64,000 nucleotides of DNA. It comes from Oligoflexia bacterium (lineage in GTDB: Bacteria; Bdellovibrionota; UBA1018). A program made the translations under genes and the position numbers. The stretch is from positions 1,043,184-1,107,183 of the forward strand of contig CAVWVI010000004.1 in the NCBI GenBank assembly GCA_963758495.1. The letters run 5' to 3'. This document shows, piece by piece, positions 18,806-29,551 of the stretch (positions are counted from its first letter, which is position 1; every line of letters starts with the position of its first letter). The notes below the pieces were generated by a model, which did not search any database, was not told where the DNA came from, and saw only the letters and a list, made by a program, of their open reading frames with translations.

Positions 18806-21800
18806 TTACCTCGAATGAGGCCGCTCAGAAAGACTTGGTTGCACAATAATTTTTAAAAATTCTTTGATTTCACCTTGATTCCCTCGACCGATCATCTGAC
18901 TCAAGGTTTGTAATACTTGATAAAATCTTTCAGAATTAGAAAGGTCACTCGGAGAACTCCGTTTTTGATCTCCAGCTAATAGCAAAAACCGACTTAGATC
19001 GTTGGATTTTAAAAGTGAGGCAACACGAGTTCGGAGCCGACTGGCTAATTCTTTCTCTTCCACGGTACGAGGTGTGCCATTCAGCTGAGTGGGTCTTTCC
19101 TCGAAAAACCGCAAAAGAGGTAGAACAACCTTCTTTACATCCAAGTTTTGATACTCTTTAGAAGCTTGCAAGCCATTGAATCTTTCCTCAAAGGTTGTCC
19201 AATGGGCTCGAAGAATCTCGTCTTCAAAAACCGGCTTTAAAATTTCCATCAGATGATTTGCACGACTGATATTAGGAGTTCCATCCTGCTCAGAAAGGAT
19301 GTACTTGATCTCATCTAGCAATCCTTTCTTTTTCTCTTCATCCGTATCTTCATAGATTGCACGTAATAAGTTGGATCCGAGCTTTGACTTAAACACCGTA
19401 TTAAAAAAATCACTTTGGGCAATCAAGAATGGCTCATGATTTTTCAAGATTGCACTTGTATTTGCAAGGATCAAATCCAAGGCATCTGGTTTAGGTTTGG
19501 CATTAAAAGACGGTTGCCATTCTTCCATTCGATTGAGGGTTGCAAAACCATATAAACCCAACTGCTTCATTCGAGCTCTATCTTCATCAGTTCCCTGATC
19601 AATAGTCTTAAATACCTGCTCAAAAACTTTCCAAATTAATTGATGCTGAGGATCAGAGGAAAAGAGGGTGACGAGGACCTCTTTCGTCTCGGGAGAAGTC
19701 GCTGAGTGAATCATCGTTGCGAAAAAATCATTTAAAACACGCCATTCATTATAATGGGGATCATTGGGATCATACACGTCATTAAACTTTTTAGGTTTTT
19801 TAAATTTCTGAAGTTGACGACCTATTTGACGCAAGAAACCAGCCCTTACCTGTTTTAAAATCATGTTGAGATGATTAGGATCCCCTGGAGTGACGGTTGC
19901 ATGTCTCGACTTCTCTGGAGTTGCATAATACAATTGAAAGAACATATCTCGAAGTATCGCGAGACCCTCTTTAAAGCCTCCATCATTCACTCCCTTAATT
20001 TTATTTTTTTGAGAGATCAAATTTTCCTTCAGGACTGAATTTACTTGCCAAAGATTATATAAATGTCTTTGAAAATCTTTAATTTCTTCCGCATTAAATC
20101 CCACTGGCAAAAGATGCTTCAACCACGGATTTGCTTGCTCGTCTATTTTCAAGTCAGGGCGATTATTTAAATTACAACTTGGTAAAGAAGGTAACCCAAC
20201 GTACATGTACGTAAGAGCGTACAAATTCTCGAATCCAATGCTGCGTCCTAAAGTTTTTCTATCGGTGATATCATCTACCGCCTCTTCAAGTGTTTGTATC
20301 TCCTGCTTCTTGGCCAGATCCTTAATCTCTTTAGGCCATAGTGCTGGATCAACATCCTTCCAAGCATTTGCAAGTACGGCCAAAAAATCTAGTGCCATAT
20401 TTTTGAAAGGTGGAATTTTTTGAGGAAAATCTACATTAACCAACACCAACTCAAGCATATCCAAGGTATTAACAAGACGTACCCTTGGCCTATCTTCTCC
20501 CGGGTAAAAATACGTAATCAATCTATAATCAATGGAGCGATCATAAAGCCACTCTAAGAAATGACTTGGCGAATAATGCCGTTCAACAGTCTCTTTTGCA
20601 TCTTTAGGTAAAGTAAAATATTTTAGCATATTAAACTGTGACTCTAAAACTCGCTTGCCAGAATCATCTTGAGTCCACGTGCCCTTTGGATCTTGATGCC
20701 AACCTCCAAGTCGCTTGAAAACAGGCTCAACCACGGCCTTGAGATCGGGAATTTCCCAACTCTGACGGGGTCCCTTCAAGGTATCTGTTGACTCAGTTAA
20801 TTTTACCAAATCCCAGTTTGTGACATTATTTTTTGCTTCATGAATAATCTCAAGAACTCTTGCGTCAATCAGCCCATTTCTATTCGGAATAGTGTTAGGG
20901 TAGAATTCACATTCCTTGACCTCTACCCATTGTCTAATCTGTGCTTTTAGTTGAGCCGTAAAGAGAGGGTCCAAAGCGGGGTCGTCTTGAATATCATTGA
21001 CTCTATTCGGCAGGTGGGGATCAACCTCTCGATGAAGTAAATCATCCACATAACCCAAAAGCTCGGAAAACTTTTTCTTCTCTAAGATATTTCCGGCAAA
21101 AGCTTCCAGCTCTCGAATGCTGCCTGTAGCTCTCTGCATTAAAGCACCCGCAATATCGTAAAGGGGCTTAAGTGCCGAATGGGACGCATCTAATGGACTT
21201 GCAGGAGGAGTCGGTCCCTCTACCCATAATGGAACAATATTTAATAAACCAAATAAAGACTTCATGGAGCCATGACCCGCAGGAGGAACACAAGCATCCA
21301 CAAGATATTTGAGATCATCTGATGTGAGGCTACTACTCACCCTACTCAAATTTTTAATCGCAAGATCTAGATAAGAAGTACTCTGATCTGTTTGCTGAGC
21401 CTTCAAGAAAAGGACGGAATCCTTTATTAAGGGTGGAATACCTTTTTTGTCCGTTTGACCACTTTTTCCACAATTCAAAAAATACTGAAGTTGCTTATCA
21501 TAATTATCAGCCGATGTAGAATCTGCAATATTAAATAATACACTCAAATTTTTACAATCCTCTGTATACCAAAACGAAGAAGAATCACTGGGTACCGCTA
21601 CGATAGGTTTGAGTGAAAGCCCTAATACCTGATTATCAGATCCCCACTGACTAGATGAACTGAGATTATGCTGACGAAAGGCACTGAGTGCAGGTATAGC
21701 TGGATAAGTAATTTGAGAAGATGCAACTCCTGTTGTAATAAACCGATGGGCAAGTTTAAAAAGAGTATCGATCAAATCTTTCAATCGCCCATCATTTAAT

Positions 21801-23650
21801 TCCGCCATATTAGAAATAGATTCAATCGCGCCAATAAATTCACTCTCAGTTCCACCCGCCCCGCTTTTTGTCATCTCAAATAAAGCATTATAAAGCTCTA
21901 CGTCGTGGGTCGCGTGCGTAAAAAAGACTTGGAATAAATCCAAAAATGGATGAGCACTATTTGAATAGTAGACGTTTCTTAAAGTTTTAAAAACGGGTTC
22001 CAAGAGCAGATCTGAGTCTTGAACAAGCTCGGTCAAACCAGAAACCCACTTAAACAATTGCGCACTGTCAGCTCGAGATATCGCCTTTGTGAAAACATCC
22101 ATGATACTTTGACCACGAAGTTTTTCTTGGGGTTTGATTAAGGCTTTAAAAAGACCTTGAACCCGCTCTTGATCTTGCTGACTAGGCAAAGACATGACCA
22201 AAAAAAGATCGATCCATATATTGCGAGCATTCATTTCGCTCAGCGCTGGCATAAGATGCCCGAATTTTTGATCTCCTAAAAAATTTACAAAAAGTTGCGC
22301 TAAAAGCGGGTATTCATTTCCCGGTTCACTTTTGCCATCGCAGCCCTTCCAATGAAGTCCTGGTTCTTGATACAGAACATTCAAAACTTCAGCCATGTTT
22401 TTCATGACACCTGTTTCAGCTGTTTTTACTAATGTGTTGTAATGCGTTTGAAGGTTTTTTGGCAAATCACAAACGGGAGCAAGTGCAACGAGATTTAATT
22501 TACTATCACGCAAAATATAGCGATCGGCATCCAATTCCTTTTGATCACTCATCTCTCGAAGTAAATGCATGGCTGCATTTGGAATTACTTTTGAATCCTT
22601 CAAGCACTTCACTTCACCATTCAGATCGTTCAATGCAATTCCTAGATCTTTTAATAGGGAAGAATTCGGCTCTAGAGTTTGATTTTTTAAAGTGGCCTGT
22701 AATATCGAAGCTAATTTCGGAACCTGTATTTTGAGATGACTAGAAAGGTCTATCCCTGGAGGAGGCGTATTACCGATTACCTTATTGAGAGCATTAAAAA
22801 ATGGATTGCCTTGATTCTTTGAGGTGTCTTCACCTAGTACGGCCTGAATAAACTGGGGCTTAATATCAACGGAGTGACCTTCACATGGATAAGTATGAGG
22901 TTCCGTTAAGTAAAGATAAAGGGAATCTACGATGCTTTGCAGAGATTGTCCAGAACCGCTATCCTCTTTAAAATGTTCAGCCAACGAATGAACGGCAGGA
23001 GCACCCGTAAGAGCAATTCCAGAATCAATATTTTGACCCCAAGACTCATAAGTCATTTCATCAAGACCCAGGAGATCTATTGCAGTTAATAGATCTGGAT
23101 CAAGAATCCACTTTCCATCCTCAGCTTGAGTCGTCACTCCACCTGCTTTTATTAAAGCTATTGTACTTGTAATAAATTTAGGATGTTTCAGAATTTTTGC
23201 AATTTGCTGAAACCCCTCTGTAAGCACTCCGCTCTTCGAAAGATCGCGATGAGTCTGTTCGAGTTCATAAAACGTGTTTCTTCCTTCGCCTTCCAAAAGA
23301 TGATGGTTGATTGCGTCGACAAGTGGCTGAAGAGCATGATCGGGTAATTTTTTAACTAAAATTGCAATTTTATTGAGTGCCTGATTTTCATTAAAACAAT
23401 CAATGATTGCTCTCATCGCCGGAACATCTAGGGTCGAACTCTTCAAGTTCATTACTGCACAAGCAGTGTTTATTTTTCTATAAGCGGAAGCACTCGTTAC
23501 TGTTTTATCCTGCCCACTACCGAACATCCCGGGACTACAGCCTGTGCTTAATGAAATAATACCTAAGCCCAAAGCATAAATTTTTGAAATTCGCATGAAT
23601 TGCTTTATTGATGTTAAGCTTGATGATAATAATATAGATGCATTTTTCAT
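18806..23650 (-). CDS. Giant (~1600 aa) hypothetical lipoprotein
   Basis: Long ORF; lipobox-like LSTGC after a hydrophobic stretch; 9 bp upstream of moxR. Confidence 0.75.
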   Translation of the reverse strand: MKNASILLSSSLTSIKQFMRISKIYALGLGIISLSTGCSPGMFGSGQDKTVTSASAYRKINTACAVMNLKSSTLDVPAMRAIIDCFNENQALNKIAILVKKLPDHALQPLVDAINHHLLEGEGRNTFYELEQTHRDLSKSGVLTEGFQQIAKILKHPKFITSTIALIKAGGVTTQAEDGKWILDPDLLTAIDLLGLDEMTYESWGQNIDSGIALTGAPAVHSLAEHFKEDSGSGQSLQSIVDSLYLYLTEPHTYPCEGHSVDIKPQFIQAVLGEDTSKNQGNPFFNALNKVIGNTPPPGIDLSSHLKIQVPKLASILQATLKNQTLEPNSSLLKDLGIALNDLNGEVKCLKDSKVIPNAAMHLLREMSDQKELDADRYILRDSKLNLVALAPVCDLPKNLQTHYNTLVKTAETGVMKNMAEVLNVLYQEPGLHWKGCDGKSEPGNEYPLLAQLFVNFLGDQKFGHLMPALSEMNARNIWIDLFLVMSLPSQQDQERVQGLFKALIKPQEKLRGQSIMDVFTKAISRADSAQLFKWVSGLTELVQDSDLLLEPVFKTLRNVYYSNSAHPFLDLFQVFFTHATHDVELYNALFEMTKSGAGGTESEFIGAIESISNMAELNDGRLKDLIDTLFKLAHRFITTGVASSQITYPAIPALSAFRQHNLSSSSQWGSDNQVLGLSLKPIVAVPSDSSSFWYTEDCKNLSVLFNIADSTSADNYDKQLQYFLNCGKSGQTDKKGIPPLIKDSVLFLKAQQTDQSTSYLDLAIKNLSRVSSSLTSDDLKYLVDACVPPAGHGSMKSLFGLLNIVPLWVEGPTPPASPLDASHSALKPLYDIAGALMQRATGSIRELEAFAGNILEKKKFSELLGYVDDLLHREVDPHLPNRVNDIQDDPALDPLFTAQLKAQIRQWVEVKECEFYPNTIPNRNGLIDARVLEIIHEAKNNVTNWDLVKLTESTDTLKGPRQSWEIPDLKAVVEPVFKRLGGWHQDPKGTWTQDDSGKRVLESQFNMLKYFTLPKDAKETVERHYSPSHFLEWLYDRSIDYRLITYFYPGEDRPRVRLVNTLDMLELVLVNVDFPQKIPPFKNMALDFLAVLANAWKDVDPALWPKEIKDLAKKQEIQTLEEAVDDITDRKTLGRSIGFENLYALTYMYVGLPSLPSCNLNNRPDLKIDEQANPWLKHLLPVGFNAEEIKDFQRHLYNLWQVNSVLKENLISQKNKIKGVNDGGFKEGLAILRDMFFQLYYATPEKSRHATVTPGDPNHLNMILKQVRAGFLRQIGRQLQKFKKPKKFNDVYDPNDPHYNEWRVLNDFFATMIHSATSPETKEVLVTLFSSDPQHQLIWKVFEQVFKTIDQGTDEDRARMKQLGLYGFATLNRMEEWQPSFNAKPKPDALDLILANTSAILKNHEPFLIAQSDFFNTVFKSKLGSNLLRAIYEDTDEEKKKGLLDEIKYILSEQDGTPNISRANHLMEILKPVFEDEILRAHWTTFEERFNGLQASKEYQNLDVKKVVLPLLRFFEERPTQLNGTPRTVEEKELASRLRTRVASLLKSNDLSRFLLLAGDQKRSSPSDLSNSERFYQVLQTLSQMIGRGNQGEIKEFLKIIVQPSLSERPHSR

Positions 23651-23912
23651 TCGAAAAACTTCCCTCTCATACCCTTAATTGACCGAAGTTAGAGGTATCA
23701 GATTAGACCCCTTGAGTCAAATTTTCGCCAATAAAAAAACATTATGATTTCAAACGGTTAAATAAATAAAAACCCATATTACGCCTTGGCACTAGTTTAT
23801 AAAACTAAATAAGTATAATAATTTAAAAATTCATTTAAAATACTATTACATTACTTCACTTTACAAAAATAAATCATCCCTTAAAATCAATATCCCTCTC
23901 CAAATAAATGCT

Positions 23913-25664
23913 ATGATTTATTTAATGATCTCACCTTGGAAAGTACTCACTCGAACTGCTCTCATTTGCACGCTCCTTGGAGTTGTCATTTTTGGGCTTT
24001 CTATGTGCAGAATCGAGCCTCTCCCCCTCAATCAAAGTCCACTTCAGTTTAACGCGACGCATAGTCATGAATACATGCGCAAGCTAGCAAAAGGATTTCC
24101 AAATCGAGTCACCTGGGGAGAAAATCGCATCAAGGCTGGGTCATGGCTCAAGAATGAATTTAAAAAGATGGGTTATCAACCCAAAAGTTTATTTTTTTCA
24201 GAGGTCATTGCGGGTAAGCAATATACCCATCTGGAAAATATTTATGCAGAAAAAAAGGGAACTACACATCCTAACGAAATCATCGTGATCATGGCTCACT
24301 ATGATATTGTGGATACAACGACTGAAGGCGCAATGGATGATGCTTCGGGCGTCGGTGTTGCCCTTGAGTTGGCACAAACTTTTTTCCATGAAAATACGGA
24401 TAGAACCCTACTCTTCCTTCTAACGGATAGTGAGGAGTATGGCGCTTTCTGGGGCGCTACTTCTTTTGCCCAGTCTTATGAACATGCTGATCAAATTGTT
24501 GCTGCAATCAATTTTGATTTTTTAGCTCCAGGTAAACAGACAGGAATTCTGACACTTTGCGATGGTCTGAAAACTGGTTACACTCCCTTGTGGTTGCGTG
24601 AAATTGCCCTGAACTCTTTGCGATCTCTGGGCAATATCAATGTAATAGATATGAGCGGAGCCTTAGAATTTATTGAGCGAGCCATGGAAATCCCTCCAGC
24701 GGATCATGGCCCCTTTCTGGCTGCCGGAATCCCAGCCTTTAATTGGGTAGGACAAACAGAAAATTTTGCTTATGTAATGGCGCATTTTCATCATACTCGT
24801 CATGATGTTGCCGAAATTATGTTGCCTGAATCATTTGATAGTTTTGGGAAGGGTGCTGAGCGAGCGATCCGGACTATCGACCATTTATCGCGCATTCCCA
24901 ATAACTTTCGGGATCATTCTTATTGGAAAATTTCATCTCACTATTACTTACCTGGCTGGGCAGTCACCCTCCTTCATATTTTAGCTTTCATTCCCTTTCT
25001 TGCTTATAGCATTACAAAGTTTAGTCGAACCTTTCGCACGAGTTCCAGTGCTAAGATAAAGCAAGTCATCCGAAACGAATTAAAGAAAATGAGCATCCTC
25101 CTTGGCTCACTCCTCATTGGCTATGTAGTGATGTTAATGCTGCCAGCACTCCGAATCATCACTCAATATGAGACTTTTCCAGCGACTCAAAAATCTCTCT
25201 TTCTTTACAATCCTAATTTTATCGCGATTTTATTAGTACTTGTTTCTATTATTTTTATTTATTGTATTTTTAAAAAGGTCTTTTCCGAACCTGAAGATTT
25301 AAAACCTTTTGTTGAACTTCGTCATGCGACTCATTTAATCTTTTTAGCTTTTATCATTTTTTTAGCTTTCCTAAAAAACAGCTACCTAGCGGTGCTACTA
25401 CTTTTACCGCCCGCCTATTTCTGGGCTGCACTCAAAACTCGACGCCGCATTGAAGATCGCCTTCTCAATGCACTCTTTATTTTAGGCGGAGCCATTACTC
25501 TCATTGTGACTACAGTGATATTAACTACTATTTTTCATGTCGGAGTTTTTTACTGGTATCTGTTTTTAGCTGCGATTTACGGCTTATTTTCTACTTATTC
25601 AGTAGTGCTTTTTTTCATGGCGCTTACCGTGATGATTCGGTTGTTTCGATCTTTTGTGATTTGA
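23913..25664 (+). CDS. M28 family metallopeptidase with C-terminal multi-TM region
   Basis: AHYD, GAMDDASG, DSEE, DH, HT..D motifs. Confidence 0.88.
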   Translation: MIYLMISPWKVLTRTALICTLLGVVIFGLSMCRIEPLPLNQSPLQFNATHSHEYMRKLAKGFPNRVTWGENRIKAGSWLKNEFKKMGYQPKSLFFSEVIAGKQYTHLENIYAEKKGTTHPNEIIVIMAHYDIVDTTTEGAMDDASGVGVALELAQTFFHENTDRTLLFLLTDSEEYGAFWGATSFAQSYEHADQIVAAINFDFLAPGKQTGILTLCDGLKTGYTPLWLREIALNSLRSLGNINVIDMSGALEFIERAMEIPPADHGPFLAAGIPAFNWVGQTENFAYVMAHFHHTRHDVAEIMLPESFDSFGKGAERAIRTIDHLSRIPNNFRDHSYWKISSHYYLPGWAVTLLHILAFIPFLAYSITKFSRTFRTSSSAKIKQVIRNELKKMSILLGSLLIGYVVMLMLPALRIITQYETFPATQKSLFLYNPNFIAILLVLVSIIFIYCIFKKVFSEPEDLKPFVELRHATHLIFLAFIIFLAFLKNSYLAVLLLLPPAYFWAALKTRRRIEDRLLNALFILGGAITLIVTTVILTTIFHVGVFYWYLFLAAIYGLFSTYSVVLFFMALTVMIRLFRSFVI

Positions 25665-25705
25665 TTCATTCTCATACAGATCATGAGAGAGAAAGTATGA
25701 AATCC

Positions 25706-26500
25706 CTAGAGTTTTGTTAGCGTTAATTTTGCTTTGGCACTTTCTAATTCATCGTTGAAAAATAGAAAGAGATTACTTCCTTCTCTTCTTTTCGTTGATC
25801 TAAATAGGATTCCATGCACATTGAGAGAGTTCGAAAAATTTCTAAGCCAACTTCCAATGACCTGGCTGACTTTTGGGGATTTCTGGTATTTCCATGCAGC
25901 ATTATAAGGAATTTCTGAAACAACAGAGAGAAGCGGAAATTCATGAAATTCTTGACTTGCAGTTTCAATGATTTTATCAAAATCAAAAAGTCGAATAGAT
26001 GGGCCATTGAAACTGAGTTTATAGATGTCGCTTGAAATCGAGGGTAATCCAGCACTATCATACTCTTCCTTGGCAGTTTCGAGTTCTAGCGAACCATAAA
26101 GACCAAACTGAGGATTCAAGCGCCCCTCAAATTCCTTTATCAACTGAGGTGTGCCTATGTTAACTCTCCCACCACAAGAAAAACTTCCAAGGCAAGATAT
26201 AGGGTTACGATTGAATTCGACGATCCTAAAAAATGAGGAAGTGTCAATTAGCTTTACCCAATCTTCCGATGGCGTCTTTGAGAGTAAAAAACTGTCTATA
26301 CTTCTAACTTGCGCCAAATCATTCTGTTGAACCGCCTGCTCTTTGAGAAGCAAACCATAAGTGTGAAAGCTAAGGGCCGTTTCGTCAAAAATATGAGCAT
26401 ATTTTAGACTCACCTTTTTAGGCTGCTTTATTTGAATCGGAACTTTTTTCTTAGCGACTTTTCTTTCAGCTTTCCTCTTAGCGATTTTTTTCTTCGCCAC
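25706..26500 (-). CDS. RES-domain toxin
   Basis: FRI, GGR.N, LYGS....A..E, SQ.IG.W, GILFRS, NL.LF. Confidence 0.78.
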   Translation of the reverse strand: MAKKKIAKRKAERKVAKKKVPIQIKQPKKVSLKYAHIFDETALSFHTYGLLLKEQAVQQNDLAQVRSIDSFLLSKTPSEDWVKLIDTSSFFRIVEFNRNPISCLGSFSCGGRVNIGTPQLIKEFEGRLNPQFGLYGSLELETAKEEYDSAGLPSISSDIYKLSFNGPSIRLFDFDKIIETASQEFHEFPLLSVVSEIPYNAAWKYQKSPKVSQVIGSWLRNFSNSLNVHGILFRSTKRREGSNLFLFFNDELESAKAKLTLTKL

Positions 26501-26912
26501 TCAGTTCCCCTAATCTCGATTGAAGAAGTTCTAAAACAGCTTTTCCATCTCCAAGAAGGCTTACCTCAAAAGGAGATTTACCAAAGAAATATGAATTTGG
26601 GGTGAGAACCCATAATCTACCTTTTTCCATATCTCCTAAAAGTTCAGCAGCCATTTCCGCCGATAAAGCAATTGGAATGAGTTTCTCTTTGATAAACTTA
26701 TGAGATACTTTGATTCTCTTTTCATAAAGTGTCGTTCTCCCAATGCCTAAAGATTTCGATAAATCTGCTGGTTTAAACCGATCCTCACCCAAGAATTTCT
26801 TAAATCCTTTAGATTCAATTGCCTGGAAGTCTGAAGTCAAAATACCAAAGGAATTTTTAAGCTGATGACCTATTGATCTTTCGGGTTTTTCAATACGACG
26901 AACGGGTAGCAT
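26478..26912 (-). CDS. Xre/MbcA/ParS-type antitoxin
   Basis: HTH (DLSKSLGIGRTTL) plus W...PN..F.G.SP......G...V...L. Confidence 0.8.
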   Translation of the reverse strand: MLPVRRIEKPERSIGHQLKNSFGILTSDFQAIESKGFKKFLGEDRFKPADLSKSLGIGRTTLYEKRIKVSHKFIKEKLIPIALSAEMAAELLGDMEKGRLWVLTPNSYFFGKSPFEVSLLGDGKAVLELLQSRLGELSGEEKNR

Positions 26913-26949
26913 AAGATTCTTTCCTTTTACTTATTTTATCCTAGTTTCG

Positions 26950-26992
26950 ACATATTTCCGACTTTATTTTAGTTAATACTGTCGGAACATGT
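26950..26992. promoter_or_regulatory. Inverted repeat TTCCGAC...GTCGGAA upstream of xre, putative operator
   Basis: ACATATTTCCGAC / GTCGGAACATGT. Confidence 0.5.
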
Positions 26993-27139
26993 AAACTACA
27001 ATAAAAACATACAATTGACGCACGTATCTAAATCAACCCAAATAAAGAGGCTTTAAATAGACATTCTAGTGCCCCTAGTATACACAGAGCCGGTCCCTAG
27101 CGTGTGTACTAGGAACGTAACAAGGGGTAATTAAAACAA

Positions 27140-27550
27140 ATGAAAAAATTAATTCTTATTTCCATGGCGGCACTGTCCTCTAACGTGGCGATGGCTGCTC
27201 CGCTGGAGTTCAATAAATTTTTCGCGGTGAAGACAATGACTTGTAAATCCGACCAGACACCCACACCTGAGCTAACAATGGACGTCTACAGCGGCGGCGA
27301 CGGCCTCTTGTTCCAGGAGAGAATGAGTTTTGGAGAACCTGCGTATCTACTGATTTTTTCAGGAAAGGAAGTCCCCTCTACTGCCATGGCAGCGAGAGAG
27401 GAAAAGACTGGCGATAAATCAAAGATGATTTTGGTTACGCTGGACGGAAGAAAGTTCGAAATCACTGATCCTATGAGTAACAAACCTTCGAGTAGGGTTA
27501 CCTTAGAATCAGGAATTGAATTACACTGCTCCTTGGTACTGGGGCATTGA
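27140..27550 (+). CDS. Secreted hypothetical protein
   Basis: Signal peptide ending AMA-A; RBS. Confidence 0.7.
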   Translation: MKKLILISMAALSSNVAMAAPLEFNKFFAVKTMTCKSDQTPTPELTMDVYSGGDGLLFQERMSFGEPAYLLIFSGKEVPSTAMAAREEKTGDKSKMILVTLDGRKFEITDPMSNKPSSRVTLESGIELHCSLVLGH

Positions 27551-27840
27551 AAACGCGACTGCTCTCGTTAGTATAATTAGTTTTTTGTCACGAATTCAAA
27601 CCTCCTCAGTCTTGCGCTACCAAATACGTGAAGCTCACAGGCTACCTCATTGCAAGGTAACTTCTCTATTTCTTGATTTTGGATGGACCCAACTTCCAAT
27701 ACTATAATTTTATATATTTAGTATTAAAAAACTTAGATAGAATTACGCCTCTTTTGTCTACAAACCTCTTTGGGAGATCAACGCTTAGAGCAAATTGAGC
27801 AGCAACGTAGGCAAGAATTAAGTCAAATCTAAATTAGATA

Positions 27841-29244
27841 GTGGTAGCCCAGATGAAAACCGTCAAATTTATATTATTGAGTCTTACTCTAATCACTTTA
27901 TTTACAAGATCCGTCCTTGCTGGAAATGATCCACCACTACCTACAGGACAAGTGACAACGACAATTGGAGGCACCCCTCCCAACTGCCCAGCACTTCCTA
28001 ATAGTCATATCTTTAATTCAGTAACTTCGGACATTGGCAAACTTTTTGGTGGGGGCGGCTCAAATGCTGTCATTCGAGCCTCAAATCAGAGACAAGAATA
28101 CATTTTCACCATGGCAAACCATAATGCTCGGGTACAAGAATGGATTACTCAGGAGAGGCAGCGCGTTGATGCTCTAAGAGGTTGCAACCCCACGCCCGAA
28201 CTCTCACAACAAACTCGGGATCTTGAAAATAAACCAGTAGCGCAATTGGTACAAGGAAAGGCTAAACCCAAGGGAACGATCGATGTAAGCCAAATTCCAA
28301 ATCCGGATGAGTCCTCTCTTCCTTATCAATTCCAATCTCCTGTAGGATCATTTAGGGATGAAGTGGTCCAACTTTATAAAGATCTCTATAAAGTCCAACC
28401 ACAATTTGGAAAACAACAAAAAGCTAGGGAATTTGGACTTATTGTTACAGAAGAAGCAGATCGGTCTTATTCATTAGGGAACGCTAATGACGCTAACTTC
28501 TACAAAGAACTTGGAAAAGAATTTTTGGATATTACAGTGGGGCTCGATCCAGTTACTGGGTTCGGAAGATCTGCTTATGAGCTTTTTTATGGAAGAAACT
28601 TAATCACTGGAATGAAACTCAATTCAGTGGAACGAAGCTTTGCATTCTTAGGTGTAGCAACAGCAGGTGGAAGCAGATTTATCGCTCAAACAGGCCGTGG
28701 CATGTGGCGAATCTATCAACGCGCTTCACATCTACTTCAAAAAAAGCAATCGATTGAAACTGCGATTCGAGAAGGGGAAATTCTTGCTGTAAAAGCTGGA
28801 AACCTACTGAATGGATGGAGAAAAAATCATATTATCTCAGAAATAAAGTCTGCTGCCGACGCCAACGAACACTATATCACTCGACTCGGATGGGATCCTC
28901 CTTATCAGGAGGGCTCCTTTGTTGTCTTTTTTAATACAATTCGAGAAAGTAATTGGGTGCGAGTCCATTGGGAAACTAATGAAGTAGGTGGATAGCTGTT
29001 AAAGAAAATTGAAATACGTGGCTTAACACCGCTCCAAATTAAAGAAAAATTTGCTTTAAAAAACACGCCTACTCATATCTCTGATGTCTCATTGTCAGGT
29101 GGTACCAAAGTGGCCAGAGGAAATATTCAAGGTCATGCTTTAGGAAGTTCAGGAGCTGTGCAATATCATATAGAGCAAAATATTCCAAATCTTGCACAAA
29201 GAACTACTAACAAAAGACCATTGCCAGAGATATTTTATGAATAA
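27841..29244 (+). pseudogene. Secreted PT-TG polymorphic toxin interrupted by an in-frame TAG at 28993-28995
   Basis: Signal peptide; PT-TG-like motif (G.DP.TG.GRSAYE..YGRNLITG.KL...ER); the same frame continues 82 codons after the TAG to TAA 29244. Confidence 0.75.
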
Positions 29245-29530
29245 AAAGCTAAATCCAAGACATACAAAGATTATTCAAGAGATTGATACAGGAGACGGAA
29301 TTATCATTCGGGAAGATCCAAACTATTTTCCAGAAGATGTTCCAACTATTTATAAAGTAGATTACACAGGGAAGATCATATGGGAGGCTGAACGGCCTCT
29401 TAAGAATGATCAATATGTAAACCCAATATTATTTGAAGGTGGAAAACTTCAATGCGCAACCTGGCAGGGTTTTACATGTACTCTTGATCCATCAACTGGG
29501 CAGCTCTTAGATACCCTATTTACAAAGTAA
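29237..29530 (+). CDS. Putative immunity protein
   Basis: ATG overlaps the extended toxin stop; small protein (G.IIWE, TW.G....LD..TG). Confidence 0.6.
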   Translation: MNKKLNPRHTKIIQEIDTGDGIIIREDPNYFPEDVPTIYKVDYTGKIIWEAERPLKNDQYVNPILFEGGKLQCATWQGFTCTLDPSTGQLLDTLFTK

Positions 29531-29551
29531 TGACTTACTGAATTAATTAAT

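Noticed and set aside
28993..28995. Genome-wide TAG recoding or pyrrolysine
   Set aside because: Several genes here end normally at TAG (for example rplI and rpsR) and no pyl genes are in the window
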